Origin: the human T2T-CHM13v2.0 reference genome, Homo sapiens
Direction: 5' to 3' (one strand)
DNA: 64,000 nt
Assembly: GCF_009914755.1 (NCBI RefSeq)
Contig: NC_060931.1
Part shown: positions 12,901-26,228 of the stretch, piece after piece
Position numbering within the stretch: position 1 is the stretch's first letter
Layout of the letters: each line of letters opens with the position of its first letter
Notes under the pieces: model-generated
Databases searched by the model: none
The model's input: the letters and a program-made list of their open reading frames with translations, nothing else
What the model was told of the DNA's origin: nothing
Program-made: the position numbers and the translations under genes

Positions 12901-14772
12901 GTTCCTTGATGGAGGCCACGGAGTGTTTACTATAGAACTTCATGACATTGTACTTACAACATTTTAGATTTTGTTAAAATTTTAGGAAATTGCCACCTGA
13001 TACAAATTAGAGAACTGCACATAACAATGGATACCAAATAGATATTTTGGATTTATTTCATTTAAAGACCATAGTGTCTGACATACAGAAACTCAAATGT
13101 ATATTGAAAGGGTGAACAAAAAGGATGCCGTGACTTCAATTGCTATTTAGAAATGAAAATGAAGTTTAAATGTAATCTTATTTTTCCGTAGTGTGCTCAG
13201 GCATACTAAGGAAAACCTCAAAGACTTCTAAGTATAATTTTGTCAATACAGTGAGAGAGATTCAGGTATATCTTAATTAAGAGTCATTCATGTCAAGATA
13301 ACAGATATTTTTTGTACCTCAAGAAACCTCAATGGAGCACAAACATTTTTGAGTTATTTTCAGCTTTAACTGACAACCCAACAAGAAGGTGTTTAACTGA
13401 AAACCAAACACTTCTGATGTTACTCTGGCCTCACTGTGTGGCTAGGCACTGTGGAAGACAGAAGAAATATTAATGAATATGGCTTCTGCCCTCTGTGAAC
13501 CTTCAACCTACTTTGGGACAAACGATAAACCCATATGAAGCATTGTGGGAACAAAATAAAACAATATAAACTATTTTAGGTAGCCAGAACTTAAAGGTCA
13601 ACAGAAAGTTTTAGGAAAACAGTTCATTGGTGATGTCTTGGGTTTCTGTCTCTGCAGTTCCGTATTTGTAGAAGTCTTGAGCAGTCAAAGGCCTCCGTTC
13701 GGCTTTCTTCTTAGTGCCTATCCAATGTTGTTGTGATGTAGATAGCCTGGGGAACATGAAAAAATGCCCTTTCTCCTGCATAATGGTGTTATTTCCTTCC
13801 TTTTAGGAATGGCTCATAACTCATAGGAGGTGTGAGTTCTAAATGATTGTTCTTTTCATCTGCCTGGAAGCGGGCCAGGCTGTAGATAAAGCGTTTGATG
13901 TGTCAGCAGTAGGCTTGTAACAGCTTTGACTACTTCCGTGATGATGAAAGTTTGAACTTTGATAAAAATGGCAAGAAAAGGAAAAGGGCTCATTTTCTTC
14001 CTTTCACTTTTTTTTGTTTGTTTGTTTCTGGGCAGCAGTTGAGAAACATCCTACCAGGGTGGTCTGCAAGGTCTCCAGGAATCTGAAATATTAGGAGGTG
14101 TTCTCCTGTGGATTTACTTGTTTATTTATTGATCGTTTCAGAGAGGGAACACCCAGGCTCAGAGGCATGGCAGGAGCTGGCTGTCAGGGCCCTTATCAGC
14201 AGGCCCCGCCTCTCCTCCAGTTTCAGCTCAGTTAGCCCTGGAAGGGGAAAGACCTTGCTGGGGGCAGATCACTGAGTCCAGCTATCATTCAGCACCTGCT
14301 TCCACACACCACACAATCTAGGGGTGCAAATCTACTCAGACTTCCAGAGCTTTGCCTCTCCTCTCGGTTCCCAGGGCATTTGTTTAGAGATCTCATCTGA
14401 GCTTGGGCCTATAGGGTGGGCTTATCTTCCTCATTCTAAAATAGACAAAGAGGAAAGTAAAATAGCTGTGGACACCCAGAACCAGTTGGAATTTGCCTCA
14501 AACAATATCGCAGTCTTTCATCAGTGATTTGTGTGTCTGCCTGAGTGGAAAGCCTGAGTTGGTGGAAGGAGAAGAATTTCTTTCTTTTTCAAAGAAAAAA
14601 CGTAAAAGAAAACAAACACATGAACAAACAAACAAGGAAAACTGCCATTCAGCTAAGTGGCAGGAAGAGCTAAGATCAAGGACTCCAAGGGGAAGATGAG
14701 GCCAATTTTACCTTTAAAAATGAGACTTAAGCAAACACAATAACCAAATCCCCTTTTCAAATGGAGTTTAGT

Positions 14773-14936
14773 GGCTGGGCAGTGGGGCTCACACCTGTAA
14801 TTGTGCTTTGGGAGGCTGAGGCACGAAGATTGCTTGAGGCTGAGAGTTTGAGGTCACAGTGAACTATTATTGCGCCACTGCACTCTAGCCTGGGTGAGAG
14901 AGACAAGTTGTCTCTTAAAAACAAACAAACAAAAAA
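14773..14936 (+). mobile_element. Alu monomer (FRAM/FAM-like)
   Basis: Single ~145-nt monomer ggctgggcagtggggctcacacctgtaa...gccactgcactctagcctgggtga, followed by a (CAAA)n tail. Confidence 0.85.
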
Positions 14937-15760
14937 GGGATTAGTGGAACTATGGTAAAGACATTTCCATCATGTATTTATTTAATAATCTAATATTTGC
15001 TTTATGAAATTATGATCTTTGGCTCTGCCCCTGTATGCAGTTGAAGTTTAACACTGTCTCTATAGCCAGGCTGGACCTGCTCACTTGTGCAGCTGTAGAA
15101 AGAAGGCATCTAGCTGTGCTATTCACAGGCTGAGGCCTCACAGTGCCTGCTCTGTAACCCCTCCACCGAGACCGGTTGAGGCATTTTTCTGTAAGAATCT
15201 TGAAATATAGCAAACATGGTTAAACTCTTTGGGAGTCATCTAGCTGACCATGAGAGGACATTGATGTCCCTGCAGGGCTCTGTAGCCTGGGCCAGAGGGT
15301 GCCTGGCCAAGTCCCACAGCTTAGTGGGAACTTCAACTTAAGGGGTTGGTGCTGGCCAGCAAGACTGGCATAGCGCCCCTGAAAAGACCTGTTGGCAACA
15401 AAGACAGTTTTCTTACTTCATTAACACCGAAAGTTGCTCCTGAAGCTGTCCATCAGCGCTTATAATTTGCCTATGACAAAAGGAGAGGGCGAATAAGACG
15501 AAAACATTGGATTGTCTGGTTTGAATTTCACCTTCTAACTAGACATGGGTGCAGGAAGAAGAAAAAATAAGTGGATGTGAACTTACTCAGATCGCAAGCC
15601 ATAAGACCAGGATTTAAATCGAGCTTCTTGGCTATCTTTTCCTTAGGAAAGCATTAGAAACACTAGCTTTTTTGGTGAGGTGTGTTGTAGTCACATTAGG
15701 CCTGAAATATGACATTTGGGACTACACAGAGAAATTAAATGTCATTTATTTAATAATAAT

Positions 15761-16268
15761 TAGGGTAGGCAGAATAATGCATCCCCTGGCCCCAAGATGT
15801 CCATGTCCTAATCTCCAAAACCTGTGAAGGTGACCTTACATGGCACAAGAGACTTTGCAGATAGGATTAAGTTAAGGACCTTGCGATGGAGAGGTGACCC
15901 TGGATTCTTTGGGTGGGCTGCCCACTTACAATAGTACTTATAAAAGGGAAGCAGGAGGGTCAGAGTCGGAGGAGATGTGATGATGAGCAGAGAGCACAGT
16001 CAGAGGGAGGTCTGAAGGTGCTGCACTGATAGCTTTGAAGATGGAGGAGGGGGCCATCAGCCATGGAAGGCAGGCTGCCTCTGGAAGCTGGAGAAGGCAA
16101 GGAAACAGATTCTTCTCTAGAGCCTCCAGAAGGAATGCAGCCTGCTGATACCTGGATTTTAGCCCCATGAAACTGATTCCAGACTTCTGACTGTAAGAAA
16201 ATAAGTGTGTGTTGTTTTAAGACACTCCATTTGTAACTTATCATAGCAGCAATAGAAAACTTAATAAA
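15761..16268 (+). mobile_element. ERVL-MaLR solo LTR (MLT1D-like)
   Basis: ggtaggcagaataatg...caagatgtccatgtcctaatc...ggaagctggagaaggcaaggaaacagattct...cagcaatagaaaact. Confidence 0.88.
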
Positions 16269-17076
16269 ATAATATAAACAATAATAACAATAATGCAGTT
16301 ATACTTAGAAACATTAATTGGCATGCAAAATAAAAGGAATTTGTTTCAGGCTTGGTTCTCAAGACAGGGCATTAGTTCATAGTTCTCTTAATAGGTCGTG
16401 AAGTACAAAAGGGTTTTTGTTTTTGTCAGCCCCATAGACCCTTTCTCAGGGGTCTTTGTTTGCTATTTTTATGGGATAAAATCAGTGTCTTCATCGAGCT
16501 TTGCTGACATGTTCTTGAATATCTATGTATAGAATCAGAGTTGAGTTTTATTTCATCACTTGGATACCAAAACTCATATGTAGCCATATGTCCAGGTTTT
16601 GGGGGTCAGAAAGCTTCCAAGATCCTCACAAATTTTTATGATAAAGCCTGCATTGGTTTCAGCACAGACTCCTTGGAGAAGCACAGTTCTACCCTGTCAG
16701 CTCTGATCACAGCTCTGTCTCCACCCGCACTGTTTCTCGCTGACCTCTTCCTTCACAAGCCTGAAGAAAAGTGGCTTCCAGCCACCAGGGAAGTGAATTG
16801 AGGCCTGTTCTTCTCTCACTGAGAACTGTTCCACTTGAAAAATGGGCTTCATCCTTCAGAACACTTGTCTTGAGCACATGTTAGAAGCTATGATGTGTGC
16901 TAGCTGCTGGGGGAATGAATAAGATAAATAAGCTTTAAGTCTTACTTACTGGAAGCTCATGCCAGTGAAGCATTTGGCAAAGCACAGTGCCTTGGACAGA
17001 GGCATTTAATTCATCCAGGAAAGTTATTAAAAATGCGCATTCCTGGACTGTGGTTTGAGGAATCATTGGCCTAGTA

Positions 17077-17294
17077 CTCTAGTTCTCAACTGGAGGTGAT
17101 TTTGTTTCCCAGGGGACATTTGGCAATGTCTGGAGACATGCTTCATTGTCACAATCAGAGAATGAAGGGTGCCACTGCCATCTAGCAGGTAGAGGCCAGG
17201 GATGCTGCTGTACATCCTACAGTGCATAGAACAGCCTCCAAAGCAAATAATCACCTGACCCCAAATGTCAGGAGTGTGAAGGTTGAGGAACTCT
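17077..17294 (+). mobile_element. MER20 (hAT-Charlie MITE)
   Basis: gttctcaac...ccaggggacatttggcaatgtctggagaca...gtagaggccagggatgctgct...aggttgaggaactct. Confidence 0.92.
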
Positions 17295-17310
17295 AATCTA
17301 GTGGGTAAGA

Positions 17311-17317
17311 CACACAA

Positions 17318-17369
<52 letters not shown>

Positions 17370-17465
17370 ATACCACTGTGGTGTATACATGCCCAGATGT
17401 ATCCTACTATAGTGTGTGTATATGTGTATGTATATGTATATGTATATATGTGTGTATATCTATAT
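17311..17465. repeat. ~(CA)23 microsatellite and adjacent degenerate (TG/TA)n
   Basis: Pure CA run 17321-17367; TATG/TG-rich run 17412-17465. Confidence 0.95.
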
Positions 17466-17601
17466 AAACACCTCTGTTAATGTTTTTAAAGTATTATATG
17501 CTCTGGGGCAGTAAGTGCACTGCCCTCTAGCTCTGTCTGAGAAATCTAGGGTGGGCTGAAAGCTGAGTTCCCACACTTGGCAGCTCATCAGGAACACATC
17601 T

Positions 17602-18178
17602 TGTATCAGTCAAGGTCTCATCAGGAGGCATAAACCATACCAGTTATTTGAAAATAGAGGATTAAATATAAAGAACTATTAACTAGGTAACTGAATGGCA
17701 AAAAGAGAATTCTAAGTTATTGTGACAATGCCACCTACTAGATGATACCACCACCTCTAGGGTCGGGGAACAATGGGATGAGAGTAGAATTATTAAAACT
17801 TAGAGGAGGGGCTATGTGGAGCTGAAATTCAGACTTCTGAGGAGGGAGTGCCAGCTGGCTGGAGTAGAATGTTGAGATGAAGCTGGTTTTACTTGCATGA
17901 AATGTTGGAAAATCTCTAAACTGGGTTCAGTTGCTGATGTGGGAAGGAAGTGCTGCTGCCTGGTGAAGAAGCATTAATGGGGACAGGAGGCCAAGGGAAA
18001 CAAACAGAAGGAACCAGTCCCTTATCTGGTGCCCCTATAGGCAGAGCCTATCTTGGACTAAGCTAGCAAAGCAGAAATGTGGCATGCAGAGCCTCAGCTT
18101 CAACACCAGAAAGCAAAGTGCGAATTAGGTTGTGTGGGTTTGGAGTCCAGAGACAATAGCTTAGTGACGACTGAGACA
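17602..18178 (-). mobile_element. Old LTR, probably ERVL-MaLR MLT1 family
   Basis: Starts tgtatcagtcaaggtc..caggag..aaaccataccag and ends gagacaatagcttag..aca, typical of antisense MLT1-type ends. Confidence 0.55.
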
Positions 18179-20899
18179 TAGTTGCAGCTTTAATAAAATA
18201 CAGTTGCCTGGGTTCTGCATTAGAATCTTGGACATGAAGCTGTCAATAATTTTTTTTTTTTACAAGAGTCCTGTGGGTGATTCTGACCCACTGCCTAGAT
18301 TGAGCACCCTGAATAGAATGAGGAGCCACTAAAAGTTTTAAAGCATGGAAATGGCCCATTATTATTTGTAGATTCAAAAGCATGTTCTTTCAACTGAGTG
18401 GAAGAGGTGAGTAAAGGTCCTGTGTTAGTGGATTATAAATTAGCTATGGGGATGGTGAACACTTTATCTTCTTCCTAAGAGCAGAAAGAGAGAAGTCCCA
18501 AACTTTCAGATTTCCATATTAGGGGCATCTTGTTTAAAATGTAAAAGAGGGAGAGAAGGAAAGAAGGGAGGTGGGAGGAGAAGACAACATGAAAGGAAAA
18601 AGCCCTGGAGGCAAAAGGTGATGCATAATTTGGATTTTATCTAAGTAAGTAACAAAAATGTGGGCAATATATTTTATCTAAGCCATTTTGATAAAAAGCA
18701 GACATAAAGCTACAACCAGCATCTACCAGGGAAGACACAAGAGACGTCTAGAAGGAGAGAAAGTTCTGGCCATCGCTTTGATTATACTTCACACTCCAGC
18801 TGAGAAATTGTGCTGTGGTCTTTGGAAGGAAAGGCCCTATTAGATGGAAATAACTCAGCTTGGATGTTAGAACTAAATTTACATTTCAACCCTGCCACTT
18901 ACTTGTTGGGTGGCAGATTTTCTGAGCAATTTCTTTAAGGCTTAGAGGCTCATTCTCTGCTGTAGGGGTGACAAAAGCATGCCCACAGGGTCTTCTGGAG
19001 ACTTACGTAAAATGATAAAAGTACCTAAGCACAGTACCTGGCACAACCCAGGCTTGTCACTCACTACCTATTGGAGGTGTCCTGTCTCCCCTTGTCTACT
19101 CTGCTACTGTCCCCTCAGTCTGCCACCTCATCTGCTGTCACTCTTCTGCTTTGATTTGTAGATTAGACTATTCTTTGCAGACCAAAAACAGGGAAAACCA
19201 AATCTGAAAATCTTTACTCCAGGAAGTTAAGTGTCATGCTCTGTAAACTTAGCAAGATACAGTTCTAGGCCAAAGTAAGGCATGGCTAAGGACATTCATG
19301 GTTTTTGGTGAAGCTTTTTGACCCAATTTGTAATTCAGACTGGTTGCTTTGCTCACATATCAACTTTTCATTACAGGCTGATGTGATGTAAGATTATGGA
19401 CCACACTTAAATCCTTTGCACTAAAGACGTATTTCTCCCCTACACTGCCCCCTCCAACTTCTCTCTCTTTTCTTCCCACTTCCATCTCAGAAGCAACTCT
19501 AGAGAAAAAAATAGAGAACTCTATTTTTTTCCCCAAAGAATTTGGCATAGGAAAAATTGCTCTAGAATGTGGAAGAGTGTAGCTGAGTCATTGTAACGGG
19601 TTAGCACTGCACTACTCTGCTCCCAGCCTCTTGTTAGGGAGCCAAGCTCTGCTCCTGTTTGGGAGATGAGTGCCACATCACACGCTACAAGGTGGTTTTC
19701 AGCCCCCAAGTCTCACTGGGCACTCAGCTGTTGGAGAAGCATCGTGTATGCACATGGCTGTTGTTTTATCGTCTTGAACCCATCACTATATTCAGGAAGA
19801 TAGGTTTTTATTATGCCACAAACCTGCTGCTCTAGGTAAACTTTTACATAAAGCAATTGTGTTCTTAATGGAATCATCTAAAACAAAAATAAAGGAGCGG
19901 AAATAGACTTGGCATAGGTTTCAGATCTTTCTTTTTAAAAAATAGCTAATTTTTGAGAGAAGCACTTGGATATGCAATTTGAACAAATGACCATCTCTCT
20001 AAAGAATAAACTTACCTTTCTAAGGAAAGGCAGATGATGAAAATTATGACACACAAGTACAATGAAAGTTCCTAGCATTTCTTTTCTTGCTGACCAGATA
20101 AGAATACAGTCATTTGTCCTTATGTATTTTAACCACTTAGGAATTTTCAAACATTTAACAAATACATGAGACATAGTTTTCAACTGTGCTTATAGGCATC
20201 CTACCAGCTTTACATGCTGAAATTGAATTTTCCTTTTTGATGTATTAACACCAACAAACAGTACCTAAAATGTGCAAAACACAAGGCTAGAATGTGTAAA
20301 ACCCAATAAAACGCAACGGTAAGTGGATGAGACAGCCCAGAACTATGCCTGGACTTAGTTGTCATCAGCATCCTGTAGTTAAAGTGGTCTGAAATACTCA
20401 TTCAGATTCTAGAGCTCATTCTGTGTGGTAGCTCTGCCTTTCATTCACTAATTTTTTATTGAGGTTTTGTTTCATTGCTCTTCTGAAGGATAGAAGGCAC
20501 AGAGGACTGGCCCCTACCCCCAAGACAGTTTAGCTTGGAAGTAAAGTCAATGTCTCCTTACAGGATTGAGCCTTTATGTATGTGCCAAAAATTATGTATT
20601 TGTGTGCCCCAAATACAGGGGTATAGATGGCAACAGAGACATAGAAAGATGGAGGAGGTTACTAGGAACTGAAGGCTCTAGAAGACTTCACAGGTGAGAA
20701 GGGGCTTGAAATTGACCTTGAATGAAGCAGGATTTTGATAGGGGTTAATGATGGGGGTGGGGTTGTGAGAGATTGGAAAGAGGTATATTTAACGAAGATG
20801 GAAACCATAATTTATGTTTGGGGGCCATAAACTCTCTCTTTATGCTGGAGTTGGGAGAAAAGAAGATTGGAGAAGAGATTATGGAATGTTTTGACAAAG

Positions 20900-21272
20900 T
20901 AGGCTAATGAGATAATAAAGAACCGATGCATCTGAATAATGTAACAAAATGTATTTCTTGCTTGTTTCACAGTTCATTGCAGGGATCTGGCAGGTAGACT
21001 TCCATGTGGTAACCCAGGGAACCAGACTCTTTCAATTGTTTGTAAAGTTCATGATGCCTTCTGCATTTAGCTGGCCATCTGTCTAGTAGAGAGAAAAGTG
21101 AGAGCATGGAGAATTGATGTAGACCTATAAGTGTTTTGTATTATTTCCATCCATTTCCCATTGGCTAGCATTCAGTCATATGGGCACATCTCACTGCAAG
21201 AGAGTCTGGGAAGTGTAGCATAGCACTGTCAAAAGAAAAAGGCAACCGATTTTGGTGAACACATGGTCTCTA
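20900..21272 (-). mobile_element. MaLR LTR fragment (MLT1J-like)
   Basis: cccattggctagcattcagtcatatgggcacatctcactgcaagagagtctgggaagtgtag...ttttggtgaaca. Confidence 0.65.
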
Positions 21273-21389
21273 TTATATTGGCTTTTAGCTCGAGTGGGTT
21301 GAACTTTATCCTGGATGAAGTGGCAGGTCATCCTCAACCTTAGCAGGGGTGGGGCATGCTCATGGGTCATATACACTCCTTAAAGGGGA

Positions 21390-21478
21390 TGATTTTTGTC
21401 TTATATTCACTGCTGTATCCCCAGGATATGATAGGCCTTAAACAAATGTTTAATAAAATAATGGAATGATGGATAGAT
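21390..21478 (+). mobile_element. L2 3' end
   Basis: gtcttatattcactgctgtatcccca...aaatgtttaataaaataatggaatgatgg. Confidence 0.6.
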
Positions 21479-23642
21479 GCTGGAAAGAAGGCCTGGTCAC
21501 ATTGAACCTTCCAGGATGGATTAGTGAAAGAGAGTTGAGGCAGAGAAGCCAATCAGAAAGCTACTGCGATCATCTGATAGTACATTTACAGTAGGAATTT
21601 GTTCAGTTTTAGAAACAGAAATGTTTACTTCTGTGATTTTACTCTCTTAGCCTATAGCATAGCCACAGATTATAGTTTAATCAGAGTCCCTGCTGAGTTG
21701 AAATCTTAGAAGCAGGTTGTGAGCTGCAACTGTGTTCCTAGGAAGGGCCTGGACTTTCTTTGGAGGCATTAATTGGAATGCAGCCTCTGGACTTGGGCTT
21801 TGCCACAATACTGCAAACCAAACAAAATAAAACTTGACTAAACCAGCAAACCCAGATTGGAGTTCAAGTTACTTTAACGGACTCTTGGGAAGCACAAACT
21901 GCAGTTGTATTATGTATGCAAAATTTGCTCTTTGTCCTTATTGTAAGGAAAATTACTTCAGTACACATAATCTTTTGCCAGCTTTCCAAAGCACTGGATG
22001 AGTTACTCTTTTGCAATTGTGCAATATTTTTTAAATTTCAATTTTAAAATATGCTTGAAAAATAGATGCTGATCCAACAAGAACAGAGAATATGAATGAA
22101 AAGAATGTATTCTCTGTGCACCTACAAGAGGCCAGTACATAGGCAACCTTGTGTGGCCCGAGGCTTCAGGATTTTAGGAAGTTGCTTGCAGATGAATTTC
22201 TTTGAAATTAAAAGCTAAGGGCAGCATCTTGGGTCCTCCCTCTTGTGCTTCATGTCTAAGCTGGGGCTGACCCCAGGGCCTGGCCACGATTCAGGTTACA
22301 TGCCCCTGAAGTCTGATGAAAGGCCTCTAACTTTAATATTATGCAGGGTTGAGTGAGGAATCTCAGAGCAGCCTGGGATTCTGGGGAGATTTTTAGTGAT
22401 TCTTGTTGATTCGGAAATAATGTAAAAACAACAGAAGAGCTTTTTCTGGTATTTTCGCATGTTCTCTATTGGTTTGGGGGAAGAATCCAACATTAAAGAG
22501 GTGAAAAAAAATAGCAAATATTTTAAAAGACATATAACATGCCCTCCCCTTTTCATCCATCCCCACCAGAAAATAAACTGTTATAATAAAAATGGCGAGA
22601 ACAGGAAGGGAAAACAGAAACAACAGGCGGCCACAGTGTGCTGGGATGGGAACGGACAGGCCCCTGGTGGCTGAGGCTAACTCTGCTATGGCCAGAAAGG
22701 AGTGGGGAAGGTGTGAGGAAATGCATCAGATGGAATCTTTCCCTTGTGGGGTCCACAGCTCTTTGAGCTGTGAGTTTCTCATTTCCTGAGGCCTCTTGAG
22801 ATATAAATTATGCACTCAAGACAAGCAACCTGCGGGTACTAGTTTGGTTTCTAGCTCAAATCCCAGAGAAGCGAATTCATTGAAATTCCACTTGCTGAGT
22901 GATCTATTTACCAAATTCACTGATTTTCTTAAGAAAGAAAAGAAAAGAAAACCTCAATTATTTATAAATTTTCATAACAATTTCTATTGCATAGGATAGT
23001 TTTCACATCAGCTTTGCCCGTTGGACGTAAATCAACTGGAAAACCTTTTTATTTCTACCCCAGCTTTCTGAATATGAAGTTACAACTTAACTGGGGCTGG
23101 GGAAGCAGGCACCTCTGGTGAGGGATAGGAGGGGAAGTCGTCAGACTATATCCTTAGGCAGGGAAGAGGGGATGCTGAGGTTAAACCAGGAGGGCAGTGG
23201 ATGTTGGAGGTATGGAGTGCTGGAGAACAGAAAGGGTCAAGAATGAGAATGAGGGGGCAGGGAAAATATTCAGAGACTCCATAACTTCTCCAAATAGGTT
23301 TCTGAGACTCTGCCAGTTCGTCTCATATCAATCTTTATAATCTTATAATTAATTAGTGAAAACAGATTTGGATAGCGTGGTGAATTCAGTGAAATAGTTC
23401 TTCTGAATATGGGCTTTCAGTGTATCCATTTTCAGCAGGTTGGCCACTTCATCTACCTGGAACCTCCTTGAGCCATTTTAGCAGCACCTTCCAGCTGTGG
23501 CAGATACCGAAGCCTTCCTGGAGGAAGATGTCTACAGAACCTATAGAAAGATGGGTGACTGGAAGATAGGAGGAAAAGTCTCAAAATGCCAAAGCGTTCC
23601 TTTGCTTGCTTGGCAGGATAGAAAGAGAAGGCAGTGACCTAT

Positions 23643-23740
23643 TAGGATGGTCCACTCATCCTGGTTTGCATGAAACTTTCCTGGTTTTAGTACTCAAAGT
23701 TTCCAATCCCAAGCAAACAGAGAGAGTTTTGATCATCCTA
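23643..23740. mobile_element. hAT-Blackjack MITE (MER81/MER94-like)
   Basis: TIRs taggatggtc...gatcatccta; internal tcctggtttgc / gcaaac and ggttttagtactcaaagt. Confidence 0.7.
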
Positions 23741-24029
23741 TACCTACTGTAAAGGTGGTTTTGAGATGCAAAAAGATAAAGAAAAGTGGTGATGGGTGAG
23801 AGGAGGTGATGCTGGAATCACCTCCTCAAAGGCAGTCTTTTTGCAGCTGCAATTTGTATGGCCTACAGGGAAGATCAAAGGACGCTTGGGGAAAATCACA
23901 TGGGCCTGAGCAGTCAGTCTAGGGACCTAATACTATGGAAGGGCCTTAGGTTTGTTCTAGATATCTTGGTTGTACAATCTACATGCACTTACTTTTCTAA
24001 ATATGCTTTTTTTTTCTCTCTTTTCTTAG

Positions 24030-24161
<132 letters not shown>

Positions 24162-24982
24162 TAATTTCTTCTCAAAGTTTCTGCTGGGAGTGTTTATCCA
24201 CGTTGTTGTTTTGAGATTCTCAAGTTGTCCTATTTCGTGGCTTGTTAGAGACAACTCCCTCTTCTAATTACAGAAGTGGAAGGTGTGTACAGGGTTTGCT
24301 TCTTAACGGAGACCTCCAGGGAGGCTTCTCTCTTGTCCTCACTTGCATCTGTAACTGGGTACACCAGATGACCTGGGGTAATTCTCCCTTGTGGTGAGAA
24401 AGTATCAAAGAAACTATCTTTAATAGGGCATATGCCTATTAACAGGAACATATTTTAAAGGTATTTGAAGTAAACCCATAGAGGAATATAGACTAGTGTT
24501 ACTTTCAGAGTCAAAACCATGCAGGAAGAAACACATGCAAGAAAATGAGAGTTTTGGAAGGAAATAGTGAATAATAGCCAACAGAAAGAGAGTATGTTCT
24601 CTTTCTTATTGAACATTTAATAGGTATTAGGCACCATGCTAGGCACTTTATTTTTTTTTTTTTCTCATTTTATCTTCTTAAGAAGCTGTGAAATGTAGGT
24701 ACTAAGTATATAATTCCTATGTGTAATGAAGGTGCTATTATTAATTTTATTATACTGAAAAGGAAGTAGATTCCTTGATGGCAGCCCAGCGAGTGGGTTG
24801 TGGATTTGATATCCGACCACAAATCTGTGTGATTCCTGAGCCCAGCTCTAACCTGCTGCAGCTCACCTTCCCTGGTGTCACAAGAGGGCTGCATGCATGT
24901 TGCCAGCTGAAAGGGGACAACTCATGATGGGTATTTTCTAGAGCATGAGGTTCTTTGGCTTTTGCTTATATGCTACCTTCTT

Positions 24983-25300
24983 CTTCTTCTTCTTTTTTGT
25001 TTTTTTATTTTTTTATTTTTTTGAGACGGAGTCTTGCTCTGTTGCCAGGCTGGGTACAGTGGTGTGATCTTGGCTCGCTGCAACCTCCACCTCCTGGGTT
25101 CAAGTGATTCTTGTGCTTCAGCCTCCCAAGTAGCTGGGACTACAGGCACGTGCCACCACACCCAGCTAATTTTTGTATTTTTAGTAGAGACAGTGTTTCA
25201 TCATGTTGGCCTGGATGGTCTCGATCTCCTGACCTTGTGATCCACCCACCTCAGCCTCCCAAAGTGCTGGGATTACAGGCGTGAGCCACCATGCCCAGCC
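24983..25300 (-). mobile_element. AluSc-like, full length, antisense
   Basis: gagacggagtcttgctctgttgccaggctg...ggatggtctcgatctcctgaccttgtgatcc...gcccagcc. TSD tatgctaccttctt (24969) / tatgataccttctt (25301). Confidence 0.96.
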
Positions 25301-25510
25301 TATGATACCTTCTTAATGATTCCTGGGCTCTTGAGCAAGTTGAGGTCAGACTATTAAGTTTCAAATAAGTATGGTGGCTTGAGCCACCATGCAAATACAA
25401 TAGAAACTCCAGCAACCTCCTTAGAATCTCCAGGGATCCTTGAGGGGCTAATATTTTCCCTAATCGCCTCTGGCTTGGTGTTTCTGCTCCTGCTATTTCT
25501 CTTGATTTTC

Positions 25511-25710
25511 TTTCCTTCCTTCCTTCCTTCCTTCCTTCCTTCCTTCCTTCCTTCCTTCCTTCCTTCCTTCCTTCCTTCCTTCCTCCCTTCCTTCCCCTCC
25601 CTCCCTCCCTCCCTCCGTTCCTTCCTTCCTTCCTTCCCTCCTTCCTTCCTTCATTCCTTCCTTCCTTTCTTCCTCACTTTCCTACTTTCTTGCTTTCTTT
25701 CTCTTTCTAT
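25511..25710. repeat. (TTCC)n / pyrimidine-rich simple repeat
   Basis: Long pure TTCC run decaying into CCCT/TTTC units. Confidence 0.97.
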
Positions 25711-26175
25711 CATTTTGTCCTTTTAGAGGCATCTCCCCTTAAGTCTGTTTACATCCTGTGATGGAGAGCAGATTTCGCTGAGGGTTTGCAGTCAATAAGA
25801 GTGATTATTTTACACAGAAGCATATTGAACAAAATAAAATGGGATATTAAGCGCTCTCGTTCTTAAAAGGTCTTAGTTGTTTTGCCTTTGTGAGAATTTT
25901 ACTGATTGTCCCTTCTATTTGAGCTCCAGCCTCCTGTCCGTTAATGCCCACGCCTTTTTCTTGAATCCTCTCTCCTTTCTTTCAGAGTTTACTGTCTTCA
26001 ACTCTGAAACAACCTGTTGATTTATTTTTCTCGTTCCCAAATTAGCACAGCCATACCATGAAGTCTATTTTTTTATGACCAAGTTGACAAATAAAGGTAT
26101 TTTTTAAAACTAGGAGCTTTCTCCTCTTTGATGGCTTCTTCTGCTAACTTCATCTAACAATGCTTGCCTTCCTGC

Positions 26176-26228
26176 TACACACACACAAACACACATACAC
26201 CTGCTACACACACGTACACACACACACA
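26176..26228. repeat. Interrupted (CA)n
   Basis: tacacacacacaaacacacatacac...acacacatg. Confidence 0.85.

Noticed and set aside
13790-13840. Possible 25-nt micro-exon (ccttttag|GAATGG...GGT|gtgagt) in intron 6
   Set aside because: Frameshifting length with a poor exonic donor context; such site pairs are frequent by chance in long introns.
25379-25726. 115-aa ORF with PSFL repeats and a hydrophobic stretch
   Set aside because: Translation of the (TTCC)n microsatellite.
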